In this document: piece after piece, positions 56,007 to 64,000 of the stretch
Position numbering within the stretch: position 1 is the stretch's first letter
How the letters are laid out: each line of letters starts with the position of its first letter
From: a virus
Reading direction: 5' to 3' (one strand)
Virus record (IMG/VR): IMGVR_UViG_3300023181_000005
Location: 5,427 to 69,426 of that record
Length of the DNA: 64,000 bases
Translations under genes and position numbers: made by a program
Notes under the pieces: model-generated
Databases searched by the model: none
The model's input: only the letters and a program-made list of their open reading frames with translations
What the model was told of the DNA's origin: nothing

Positions 56007-56714
56007 ATGAAGAAACAAATTGACTGGAATGCTGTGGATTGGAACTTGTCGAACAAGAAACTTGCCAGGAAATACAGGGTTACAACCCAAAAGGTTTCGC
56101 TCGCTAGGGGATTTGTTGGACACAAGAGGCCACCAAAGATGGATCAATTTGACTGGTCTGGTGTTGATTGGACTCTAACCGAGTTTGCCATCGTGGCTAA
56201 ACATGGCATCCCTCTCCATCATGTCAGGAAGAAGCGAATTTCACTGGGTCTGCCATTAGGGAAACAAGGCCGCAAGCCAGTCGGGCCTAAAGATCCTCGC
56301 GTGAAGGTGAAATTTAAGAAGCTGGATTTCACTAAGACTAATCAGCAACTTTCAGTAATTCACAAGGTCTCGCATGAGCGCATTCGCCAGCTACGTTTAG
56401 CGGCGGGATTGCCCTCAAGCTCAACTCTTCATGAGGAGCCTGAGTGGAAATCAAAGATTGATCCGAAGAAGACTATTTCGGAGAATGCAAGGACGCTAAA
56501 TGTCGATGCTTCTACTGTTAACGCCTTCGTTAAAAGGATGGGGATTGAATGCAATAAATATCAAAAACCATGCAAGCACAATTGGCACTCCGCTGATTGG
56601 AATCAGCCATCACCCGTAATAGCTAAGCAGCTTGGGATCACTAAGTCTTACGTTTCAAAAAGGCGAAGCAAGTACGCGCCAAAGACCGTTGGAAAATTCA
56701 GAGTGAACCACTAG
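56007..56714 (+). CDS. Basic tandem-HTH DNA-binding protein
   Basis: Repeats DWNAVDW, DWSGVDW, KKLDF and NWHSADW, each followed by a short HTH-like unit. Confidence 0.6.
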   Translation: MKKQIDWNAVDWNLSNKKLARKYRVTTQKVSLARGFVGHKRPPKMDQFDWSGVDWTLTEFAIVAKHGIPLHHVRKKRISLGLPLGKQGRKPVGPKDPRVKVKFKKLDFTKTNQQLSVIHKVSHERIRQLRLAAGLPSSSTLHEEPEWKSKIDPKKTISENARTLNVDASTVNAFVKRMGIECNKYQKPCKHNWHSADWNQPSPVIAKQLGITKSYVSKRRSKYAPKTVGKFRVNH

Positions 56715-56719
56715 AGAAT

Positions 56720-57151
56720 ATGAACACAGATCACTTAACACCCGAAGATATTACAGAAGCTTGGCGTTGGGCTGACGGGGGCAACAGAATGGAAGTGAAC
56801 CTCAATTTCATTCGACTGCTCCCAGACCCGCCGCAAAAGCCATCGCGCCCCATGCTACTTCCAATTGTAGATCCTATGCCGCCCGTGAGTGAGGGGTGTG
56901 TGAGGGTGTTTGGCGTTATGAGCGAGGGAAGGATGGATTCCCTATGCCATATCAAGGGGAATTTCGATACTTGCTACACCGACATCCTCCTCCCCGTTGA
57001 AGATGATCGTGCGGAGTTTGAGTGGGCTGTAGTCAAGACTTCTGCGCAAGCAAATCTTGAGCGCAAGGGTAATGGCTACTCCAACCCAACAATCCAGTTC
57101 GCATTCGAAGTCTGGACCGCCGCGAAGAAGGCTGGAAAGGAGGGGTTGTGA
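56720..57151 (+). CDS. Hypothetical protein, paralogue of 45528-45920
   Basis: LPIVDPMPPVSEGCVRV. Confidence 0.6.
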   Translation: MNTDHLTPEDITEAWRWADGGNRMEVNLNFIRLLPDPPQKPSRPMLLPIVDPMPPVSEGCVRVFGVMSEGRMDSLCHIKGNFDTCYTDILLPVEDDRAEFEWAVVKTSAQANLERKGNGYSNPTIQFAFEVWTAAKKAGKEGL

Positions 57152-57336
57152 AAATAATCAAACCCGGAATTCCAAAAAGGGAGATTGAAAGGGAGTGCAC
57201 ATGCACATCATGCGGATGCGTTTTTACGTTCAAGGCGCATGAGGCTAGATATGTGAGCGACTTTAGGGATGGTGATTTTCTAGCGATACACTGCCCTCAA
57301 GATGGCTGCAAAGCGGAGAACTTTATCACCCCATGA
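57148..57336 (+). CDS. Zn-ribbon protein
   Basis: KIIKPG...CTSCGCVF...DFRDGD...CP..GC. Confidence 0.65.
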   Translation: MKIIKPGIPKREIERECTCTSCGCVFTFKAHEARYVSDFRDGDFLAIHCPQDGCKAENFITP

Positions 57337-57670
57337 TCGGACTCCTCTACCGCCTCATCATCGGGCGCTTCTCATCTTGCCAGCACAAGTGGGAGATTCA
57401 TGATACCACGCGCATTGTGATTGAAAATAACGTGGCCGTTGGAACCAAGTACCACCTTCGCTGCGAGCATTGCGGCGATATGAAGAAAGTTGAGTTATGA
57501 AACGCCTTTTCTACCTATCTATCATTCTATTAATCGCCTTTGTGGTGCTTGACATATCGTCACTCTACCATGGGCAACCATTCCATTTTGGTGACATTAT
57601 AACAATGGCGAACCTTGCCATTAACGCCATCATCGCTCACAGATATGCACGGCAGGAGGAAAGTTGATTT

Positions 57671-58174
57671 ATGAAAAAGAAACAACCCAAGACATTATCG
57701 GAAGAGTTCGGACTACCAAAAGGCAGCTTCGTTAAGCACGTTAGAGCTACTCAACGCAAGGATAAGGCAGATGAAAAGGCTCATGCTAAACGCCTAACCA
57801 AGGCGATGAATAAGAAGCTCTCCCAAAAGCGCATTGACCAACTCAGCAATGACGTTTCTGAGGATATTGCCAGCGGCACGAAAGATGAACTGCGGCAGGT
57901 CATCCGGTATTGGATGGAGAGAGCTGAAGATGCTAGACAAAAGTCGCAGTCTCACAATGAGGATGCCATGCGTGGGATAATCGAAACCTCACGCAAGGAA
58001 CGGGAATCATACCAGAGGGCTTTTGATGAAATGAGGAGGTCAACGCCGCAACCTCCACCAATGACATTTCCTTCTCCGCCAATCTATGTGTGGCCTTATA
58101 TGCCATATCACACACCGTCACCGTATGAAGTCACATGCAATGCCGCCCCTCAACCATACAGTCACACACCATGA
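57671..58174 (+). CDS. Hypothetical protein
   Basis: 167 aa, ATGA overlap with the next gene. Confidence 0.55.
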   Translation: MKKKQPKTLSEEFGLPKGSFVKHVRATQRKDKADEKAHAKRLTKAMNKKLSQKRIDQLSNDVSEDIASGTKDELRQVIRYWMERAEDARQKSQSHNEDAMRGIIETSRKERESYQRAFDEMRRSTPQPPPMTFPSPPIYVWPYMPYHTPSPYEVTCNAAPQPYSHTP

Positions 58175-58365
58175 AACGCCTGCTCATCCTCGCCGCGCTC
58201 TTGACTGGGTGTGATGCGCCAGATGCCAAGAAAACTGAAACGAAGTTTGAGCTATGGACAATCATCGAAATTGATGGATGTGATTATATCCAGAATAACT
58301 CTTCGAGAGCTTCCCCGCTCATCCATCACGCGGGCTGCAAGAACCCTGTGCATCAGGGGCGTTGA
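58171..58365 (+). CDS. Putative lipoprotein
   Basis: MKRLLILAALLTGC lipobox. Confidence 0.65.
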   Translation: MKRLLILAALLTGCDAPDAKKTETKFELWTIIEIDGCDYIQNNSSRASPLIHHAGCKNPVHQGR

Positions 58366-58390
58366 CGGTTACGGCTCAGTCTGATACTGT
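58362..58390 (+). promoter_or_regulatory. sigma70-type promoter of the large terminase
   Basis: TTGACG-N17-TACTGT, 9 nt before the ATG. Confidence 0.55.
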
Positions 58391-58399
58391 GCGCCCATA

Positions 58400-60265
58400 A
58401 TGGCGTCCACTCAAAAAGTCCCAGCTCAATTCCTTGTACGCAGGTATGGAATGGAGTTCGGGCCTTTGCGCGACGTCAAAGGCAACCCAGTTGGACCTAA
58501 GCCAGACTGGCAGATTGAGATCGAAGTCCTGCGACTTTACGATTCCTTAAAGGCTCAAGGGGCCGCTGGCATGATGCCATGGGAGGAGCATTTTAAGCGC
58601 CTTGTGACAATCATTTGGGGGAGACCTGAGTGCACGTACAAGTTCACTTGGAACCCTATTGCAGACAAGTGTGTAAAAGCTGCTAGGCAATGGAAGTTCC
58701 TTGGATTAGCGGGCCACGCCTCATCGGGCAAGTCGCAGGTGGGTGCCATATGGGCAATCGTTCACTTCTTACTTGATCCTGAACACACTAAAGTCTTCAT
58801 CACATCCACCACTCTTGAAGAATCTCGGATGCGTATCTGGGGTGTTATCGAGAAGTACTGGGAGGAACTGGTTAAGTTTATGGGGCCGTTTGGAGTCCCA
58901 GGCAAGATGGTTTCCTCTCGCGGCAAGATTCGCTACAACACCGCCGACGAAAAGAGCGAACTGTCAGGCTTGGCTCTCATCGCTGGCGGCAAGGGGCAGG
59001 ACTCGGAAGCTTCAACCAAGATCGGCTTTAAGGCTAAGAAGGTCATCCTGATTGGCGATGAGCTTCCGCTGCTCACACACAAGCTGTATGAGGCCGCTAA
59101 AGGAAATTTGTTTTCCAACCCTGACTTCCAGTTCATCGGGATTGGCAACTTGACCTCCATCTTCGATCCGTTCGGAATCTTCACAGAGCCAAAGGACGGG
59201 TGGGATTCCATCACCGAGGAAATGCCAGGATGGGAAACGAAGCTAGGCTACTGCCTGAGATTCGATGGCGAGAAGTCGCCCAACGTGCTTGCTGGCAAGG
59301 AGCTTTACCCTGGCCTGCTCACACTCGAAAAAGTGATGGCCTACCGCGAGATGCTTGGCGAAAAGAGCGCCGAGTACTACCGCATGGTCAAAAGCTTCCC
59401 GAGCCCTACCGGCCTTGTTGGGAGCATCTACGAAGCGGCAGAGCTTACCGCCTCCATGGCTGCGCGGCCCGTTAACAACTGGCTGGAAGCGCCAACACCC
59501 ATTGCCTTCCTTGATCCTGCATTCTCTCATGGAGGCGATGAAGCCAGCGCCCGCTTTGCTAAGGTTGGAACAGTCAATGACAACGGCAAAATCAAGAAGG
59601 TGGTCGAATCCACTGATGTCATGAACCTCCTGTTGCGGGTGGATGCCAAGCACAAGACCAAGGATCGCAACGAGCAATTAGCCGATTTGTTCATTGAGGA
59701 GTGCGAAAAGCGCGGAGTAGCCATTCCAGACCGAGGCATCGACTCCACGGGCGGCGGAGATCCATTCAGCACCATCCTAGCTATGAAGATGGGGCAAGGA
59801 TTCCAGATGATCGGATTCGGCGGAGCGCCATCGGACAAGCCGGTATCAAGCACTGACAGGCGCACAGGCAAAGAGAGGTTCGTTAACCGCGTCTCCGAGC
59901 TTTGGTACGTGGGGAAGGAGTTAAACAAGGACGGGCAGCTAAAGGGCCTGGACGCCGCCACCATGATGGAGATGTGCGCTCGGACCTACGAGGAGCAAGG
60001 CGGCAAGGTTCGTGTCGAAGAGAAAAAGAAGATGAAGGAGCGCACGAATGGCCGCTCCCCCGACAAAGCGGACTCTTGGATGGGCGTTATTGAGATTGCT
60101 CGCAGGCGTCACGGGTTGAGCAGTAGCGCCCGTTCAGCGGCGAAGGTTAAACCGGTGAACCCATTCGGCGGTGAGTTCTCAGACATGTTCGACTGGGCTA
60201 AAAAGAAGAAGCCAATGGTCAAAGATGAGGAGCCGGTGATGATGGGCGGCGGTTGGGGCGATTAG
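58400..60265 (+). CDS. terL: Terminase large subunit
   Basis: Walker A GHASSGKS, Walker B ILIGDE, GIGN coupling motif, RNase H-fold FLDPA, IDSTGGG, SPDKADS. Confidence 0.9.
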   Translation: MASTQKVPAQFLVRRYGMEFGPLRDVKGNPVGPKPDWQIEIEVLRLYDSLKAQGAAGMMPWEEHFKRLVTIIWGRPECTYKFTWNPIADKCVKAARQWKFLGLAGHASSGKSQVGAIWAIVHFLLDPEHTKVFITSTTLEESRMRIWGVIEKYWEELVKFMGPFGVPGKMVSSRGKIRYNTADEKSELSGLALIAGGKGQDSEASTKIGFKAKKVILIGDELPLLTHKLYEAAKGNLFSNPDFQFIGIGNLTSIFDPFGIFTEPKDGWDSITEEMPGWETKLGYCLRFDGEKSPNVLAGKELYPGLLTLEKVMAYREMLGEKSAEYYRMVKSFPSPTGLVGSIYEAAELTASMAARPVNNWLEAPTPIAFLDPAFSHGGDEASARFAKVGTVNDNGKIKKVVESTDVMNLLLRVDAKHKTKDRNEQLADLFIEECEKRGVAIPDRGIDSTGGGDPFSTILAMKMGQGFQMIGFGGAPSDKPVSSTDRRTGKERFVNRVSELWYVGKELNKDGQLKGLDAATMMEMCARTYEEQGGKVRVEEKKKMKERTNGRSPDKADSWMGVIEIARRRHGLSSSARSAAKVKPVNPFGGEFSDMFDWAKKKKPMVKDEEPVMMGGGWGD

Positions 60266-60323
60266 GTTTTACGGGCATCATTAAAACTTGCCGTGTCCGC
60301 ATAGCGCATCTAGGATACTTGGA

Positions 60324-60830
60324 ATGAGTGAAACAGCGTTAGCGAGACCACACTTGGCGAAGTTCTGCGAAGGGCTCGGATTGGACATCGGATTTGGTGG
60401 GGATGCCATTGTTCCTCATGCCATCACGTTTGATATGGCCCAACCTTACACGAACGTGGGTGGGGATAAGCAGATCATGCGCGGATCATGTGATGATCTC
60501 GGGATGTTTTGCGACGAGTCACTTTCATTTATTCACAGCGCGCATTTGCTAGAAGATTTCTCATACGATCATCTAGTGAGAATCATCGCAGAATGGCGCA
60601 GAGTTTTGAAACCGGGTGGCCTTATCGTCACCAATTGCCCGGACCAACAGCGATTCTTGAAGTACATCGCGGAGCACAACCAGGGCAATAACCTTGGGCA
60701 TTTTGAGCAAGATTATTCACTGCAAACATTTAAGGAGCGAGTCTTGGCGCACACTGGACCGTGGGAAACGGTGTATGAAATGCCTGATGATGGTCGCTAT
60801 TCGTGGTATTTGACCATAAAGAAAGCATGA
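60324..60830 (+). CDS. Class I SAM-dependent methyltransferase
   Basis: GLDIGFGGD, IHSAHLLED, EWRRVLKPGG; leaderless after TTGCCG-N17-TAGGAT. Confidence 0.85.
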   Translation: MSETALARPHLAKFCEGLGLDIGFGGDAIVPHAITFDMAQPYTNVGGDKQIMRGSCDDLGMFCDESLSFIHSAHLLEDFSYDHLVRIIAEWRRVLKPGGLIVTNCPDQQRFLKYIAEHNQGNNLGHFEQDYSLQTFKERVLAHTGPWETVYEMPDDGRYSWYLTIKKA

Positions 60831-61798
60831 CCCCACACCTCCAAATTCTCTCAGCCTCTTCGTGTGGCAGCATCGACCCCACGTTCTCGCAAAACCTGCT
60901 GAACCATCTGAGGGGTCGAGTAACGACCACAGTTCACGCAGATGTGGTCGTGGTCGTAATTTCAAACGTCGCAAACTACCAGTTCAACACGGCTCTCAGA
61001 CATGTGAATAAGCCCGTTGTGGTTATCGACCTGCTGGAACTGTATGGCGACGAGCCGGGATTGAAGGATACTCTTATCTTCGGCAAGGATGAGGTGCTGA
61101 AACAAGGCGAGGAATGGCAACCTTTCCACCAATGGCTCAAAGAGAATCCGCCCGCGCTCTACTTCAAGCGTGAGCTTTTCGAGAAAGACCGCAGCGCCAA
61201 TGTCCTACCGATTGAGTGGCCGTGCGTGAATGATGCTTGGGAGATTGAGCCAAAGTCGGAGTTTGATCGCAGGCCGTTCACCCTGTTTTTTAATTGGGGG
61301 TTTAGCAACCCTATCCGACCACGCCTAGCCTCCGAGATTTACGCTCTGATGGCAGATCACAAGGTCGATGTCATCGCTTCTTTTGAGCACATCGATGCGA
61401 AAGCCTTGGAGCCGCATACCAAGTTTATCAGTATCCATTCGCTGCATACACATCGGGTTCCAATTGGTGAGATCATGCGCAGGCAGGCGCAAAGCAAGAT
61501 GAGCGTGAGTTTGCCAGGGTCAGGCAACGTCTGTTTTAGATCCACAGAGGCACCAGTTCACACAGTCCCTGTATTCCTTGCAGACGGCATGGCACACGCC
61601 TTCCCTTGGGTGGATATGGAGAACTGCATCCGCATCTACTCGCCTCACCTGCAAACGATGGCGGAACAGATTTACCTCCTTCGTGATTTACCAAATCTCC
61701 ACGACATCTACGTTTCGGCCCAAGAAAACATTGATAGGTACCGCTCGTCTCGCTTTGCCAACGAGTATGTGATTCCTGAGATTGCTAAAAGACTATGA
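60827..61798 (+). CDS. GT-B fold glycosyltransferase-like protein (exostosin/GT47-like C-terminus)
   Basis: YFKREL; SKMSVSLPGSGNVCFRSTEA...VPV resembles the exostosin-type S.F.L.P.G...R..EA motif. Confidence 0.65.
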   Translation: MTPHLQILSASSCGSIDPTFSQNLLNHLRGRVTTTVHADVVVVVISNVANYQFNTALRHVNKPVVVIDLLELYGDEPGLKDTLIFGKDEVLKQGEEWQPFHQWLKENPPALYFKRELFEKDRSANVLPIEWPCVNDAWEIEPKSEFDRRPFTLFFNWGFSNPIRPRLASEIYALMADHKVDVIASFEHIDAKALEPHTKFISIHSLHTHRVPIGEIMRRQAQSKMSVSLPGSGNVCFRSTEAPVHTVPVFLADGMAHAFPWVDMENCIRIYSPHLQTMAEQIYLLRDLPNLHDIYVSAQENIDRYRSSRFANEYVIPEIAKRL

Positions 61799-61992
61799 GT
61801 GAAGAAAGTACACCAGTGGACATCATCTCTAAATATAGAGAATCGGTATCTCAGATAACACGCATTCTTCAATCATTTGAAGATGATACGAAAATGCGTG
61901 TTTATGGTGACATGCACGTATCGCATTGGGGCAAAGCCAATGGTGAAAAATTAGACTCAGTGTCGTTCAGCATGATCCCTTCCAGCCGATGA
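61795..61992 (+). CDS. Hypothetical protein
   Basis: ATGA overlaps on both sides. Confidence 0.5.
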   Translation: MSEESTPVDIISKYRESVSQITRILQSFEDDTKMRVYGDMHVSHWGKANGEKLDSVSFSMIPSSR

Positions 61993-62597
61993 ATTTCGAC
62001 ATCCTTAAACAGCACATCACCCCTCGCTCCTGTTTAGATATTGGGGCAAATCGTTCGGCGTGGACCAAGGAAGCCCGCAAGCACTGGCCGGATGCCATTT
62101 ACCTCCTAGTCGAAGGAAACCCCGAGTGCCGTGAGGAACTTGACGCCAGTGGCGAGAACTTCCGCATCGCGCTTCTCAGTGACTCTGAGAAGGAGGTTAC
62201 TTTGTGGCAGCGCAAGGGAGCTCCAGCTTGCACAGGAGTCAGCTACAAGCGAGAGGTTGGAACTCCGTTCTACGAGGGCGACAATGCCGTTGGCGTGCCG
62301 ATGATGACGCAGCGACTTGATGATCTAGTTGAGGGCCATCCCTTCGACCTCATCAAGATTGATACGCAGGGTAGCGAACTAGACATCTTCCGTGGCGCTC
62401 CGAATACGTTGGCATCTGCTAAAGCGGTCGTGATGGAATTATCAATAATTCCCTACAACCAAGGAGCACCGTTGGCTGATGAGCAGATTCAGTTCATGGC
62501 CTCGCATGGCTTCTTTGTTTCGGCAGACTTGGGTGAGATTTGCCATCCAATTTCCAGAGAGATCATTCAAAAAGACGTTCTATTTCTCCGCGCATGA
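61989..62597 (+). CDS. FkbM-family methyltransferase
   Basis: LDIGAN, VEGN, RLDD, DLIKIDTQGSELDI. Confidence 0.9.
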   Translation: MNFDILKQHITPRSCLDIGANRSAWTKEARKHWPDAIYLLVEGNPECREELDASGENFRIALLSDSEKEVTLWQRKGAPACTGVSYKREVGTPFYEGDNAVGVPMMTQRLDDLVEGHPFDLIKIDTQGSELDIFRGAPNTLASAKAVVMELSIIPYNQGAPLADEQIQFMASHGFFVSADLGEICHPISREIIQKDVLFLRA

Positions 62598-63343
62598 CTA
62601 TCGAAGAACTGAAGATTGAGCATGACCTTTTGAACGAAGGTGTAGCGCCTGGGTTTATTCGTCTCCCTGGTGGCGTTGAAATCCCTACCGTTGAAGAATC
62701 GCGATTCGGTTTCGAGTTCTTTTGCTGGCGCTCACCTGAGATGGTTGCGGAGATGAAGGCGTTTCTGCAAGTTGCGAGGGGGAAGAGGCGGTTTTTTGAT
62801 ATAGGTGCGCTGCATGGAGTTTTCTCTTTAGCATTCAAGTCCTTAAATCCCAAAGGGTTTGTATATGCGTTTGAGCCTCATCCAGGTTCGTACAGGGTTT
62901 TATGTTCTAATTCTGAATTGGCGCATGATATGCACTGCATAGATCAAGCTGTATCAGATCATTATGGCATGATAGAAATGGGACAAGAGTGGGATTGCCA
63001 TTATTCCACCGCTAATAAAGAAGGCGAGATATATAAAATCCCATGTGTTACTGGCGACTCATATGTTCGCATGTTAGGTGCCGACCTAATTAAGATCGAC
63101 GTTGAGGGCCACGAGGCCCATGTCTTACGCGGGCTGTCTGAGACTATCGCAAATTTTCGCCCAGCAATCCTGCTTGAGATCCATCCTCTTCGTTTGGCCT
63201 CCTGCGAGGAGCATGTCGGCATCATGTTAGAGCAACTCTACGAAGAAGGCTACACGCCCACAGACACAGCTACGGGTCAAGAACTTGATTGGGATACTCA
63301 AGTTTGGAACAAGCAAGATTGCCGCATCCTCTTCACACCATGA
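62594..63343 (+). CDS. FkbM-family methyltransferase
   Basis: FDIGALHGVFS, AFEPHP, AVSD, DLIKIDVEGHEAHVLRG, LLEIHP. Confidence 0.9.
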   Translation: MTIEELKIEHDLLNEGVAPGFIRLPGGVEIPTVEESRFGFEFFCWRSPEMVAEMKAFLQVARGKRRFFDIGALHGVFSLAFKSLNPKGFVYAFEPHPGSYRVLCSNSELAHDMHCIDQAVSDHYGMIEMGQEWDCHYSTANKEGEIYKIPCVTGDSYVRMLGADLIKIDVEGHEAHVLRGLSETIANFRPAILLEIHPLRLASCEEHVGIMLEQLYEEGYTPTDTATGQELDWDTQVWNKQDCRILFTP

Positions 63344-64000
63344 ACCTACAAATCGTCGCCGTTGCGGATGGTCCGCCAAAGCATGACTACCTCATTCGTG
63401 GTTATGAAGCATTCGTTGCCTCATGCGTGCGCCATGGGATAGCGCCAACGATCCTTGGTTGGGATCAGCCGTGGACTGGTCTTGGCTGCAAACCTAAGCT
63501 CATCAAGAAAGCCATTGAGGAAGGCGTGGTGAATGCTGATTACATCATCTTTGCGGATGCGTTTGATGTGGTGTTTGCTCGCTCGCCATACACCGCATTG
63601 CAGACATTCAAAGACAACTGGGAGTCGCAATATCGCATCATGTGGAATGCGGAGCGGTACTGCTTCCCCGATGAATCGTTGGCTCAGTTCCACCCCGAGA
63701 CCCCCTATCCGTGGAAGTTCCTAAATAGCGGGCTCTCAATTGGCAAGACTCAGGATTACCTTCAAGTTCTCACCGAGATGAAGGTGGATGATATTGCTGA
63801 TGACTTCCAAGTGAACGGCATCTGGAGCCACAGCAATGACCAGCTTAACGTCCAGCACAAGTTCCTATTCGGCCAATGCGCCCCTCATGAATTAAAGATG
63901 GGTCTCGATTCGGAATGCTCCATGTTCCAGACGATGATTGGTGAAACGATGGATACGTTTGAATGGCAGGATGGTAAATTGCGCAATAAGATCACTGGTC
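63340..64000 (+). CDS. PLOD/LH3-type (procollagen) glycosyltransferase domain, truncated by window edge
   Basis: Not in the track. Hand translation from ATG 63340: ILGWDQPW.G...K, IIFADAFDVVF, NAERYCFPD, FLNSGLSIG, NDQL, LDSECSMFQTM, LRNKITG; collinear with the LH3 GT domain as I recall it (FVDSYDV, SAESFCWP, FLNSGGFIG, DDQL, LD...IFQ, IRN). Confidence 0.85.
   Translation, partial: MNLQIVAVADGPPKHDYLIRGYEAFVASCVRHGIAPTILGWDQPWTGLGCKPKLIKKAIEEGVVNADYIIFADAFDVVFARSPYTALQTFKDNWESQYRIMWNAERYCFPDESLAQFHPETPYPWKFLNSGLSIGKTQDYLQVLTEMKVDDIADDFQVNGIWSHSNDQLNVQHKFLFGQCAPHELKMGLDSECSMFQTMIGETMDTFEWQDGKLRNKITG

Overview
The whole window reads as one tailed dsDNA phage genome or prophage, with a short-tailed (podovirus-like) layout and no tape-measure or sheath gene visible. 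The host cannot be read from the sequence; sigma70-type promoters and A-rich, SD-poor gene starts are compatible with Verrucomicrobiota (inference only). 1-21.8 kb (minus strand) is the virion module: portal, scaffold, major capsid protein (MCP), two collagen-like fibre proteins, adaptor, and a >1460 aa polyvalent ejection-type protein that runs off the left edge and is missing from the ORF track. 22-23 kb is lysis. 23-29 kb holds small genes, an O-like initiator paralogue and a probable small terminase. 29.4-35.6 kb is an early operon with a hairpin in each spacer from 29.8 to 32.4 kb and a textbook hammerhead ribozyme. 35.6-50 kb is replication and recombination (DnaB, initiator with iterons, RuvC-like, SSB, exonuclease, Bet). 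50-58 kb has regulators and accessory genes, including a ColE2-type Rep with an ori-like site. 58.4-64 kb has the large terminase and a methyl/glycosyltransferase cluster ending in a PLOD/LH3-type collagen glycosyltransferase domain (also missing from the track). Best leads: (1) a phage collagen-modification set (Y-position-Pro/Thr collagens, adjacent 2OG-Fe(II) oxygenase, LH3-like glycosyltransferase, O-methyltransferases); (2) a miniature MCP paralogue with a Tat-like leader; (3) ribozyme/hairpin processing of early mRNA; (4) a ColE2 Rep cassette with an inward-facing ori; (5) a candidate programmed -1 frameshift. All assignments come from motifs read by eye; no database search was run.
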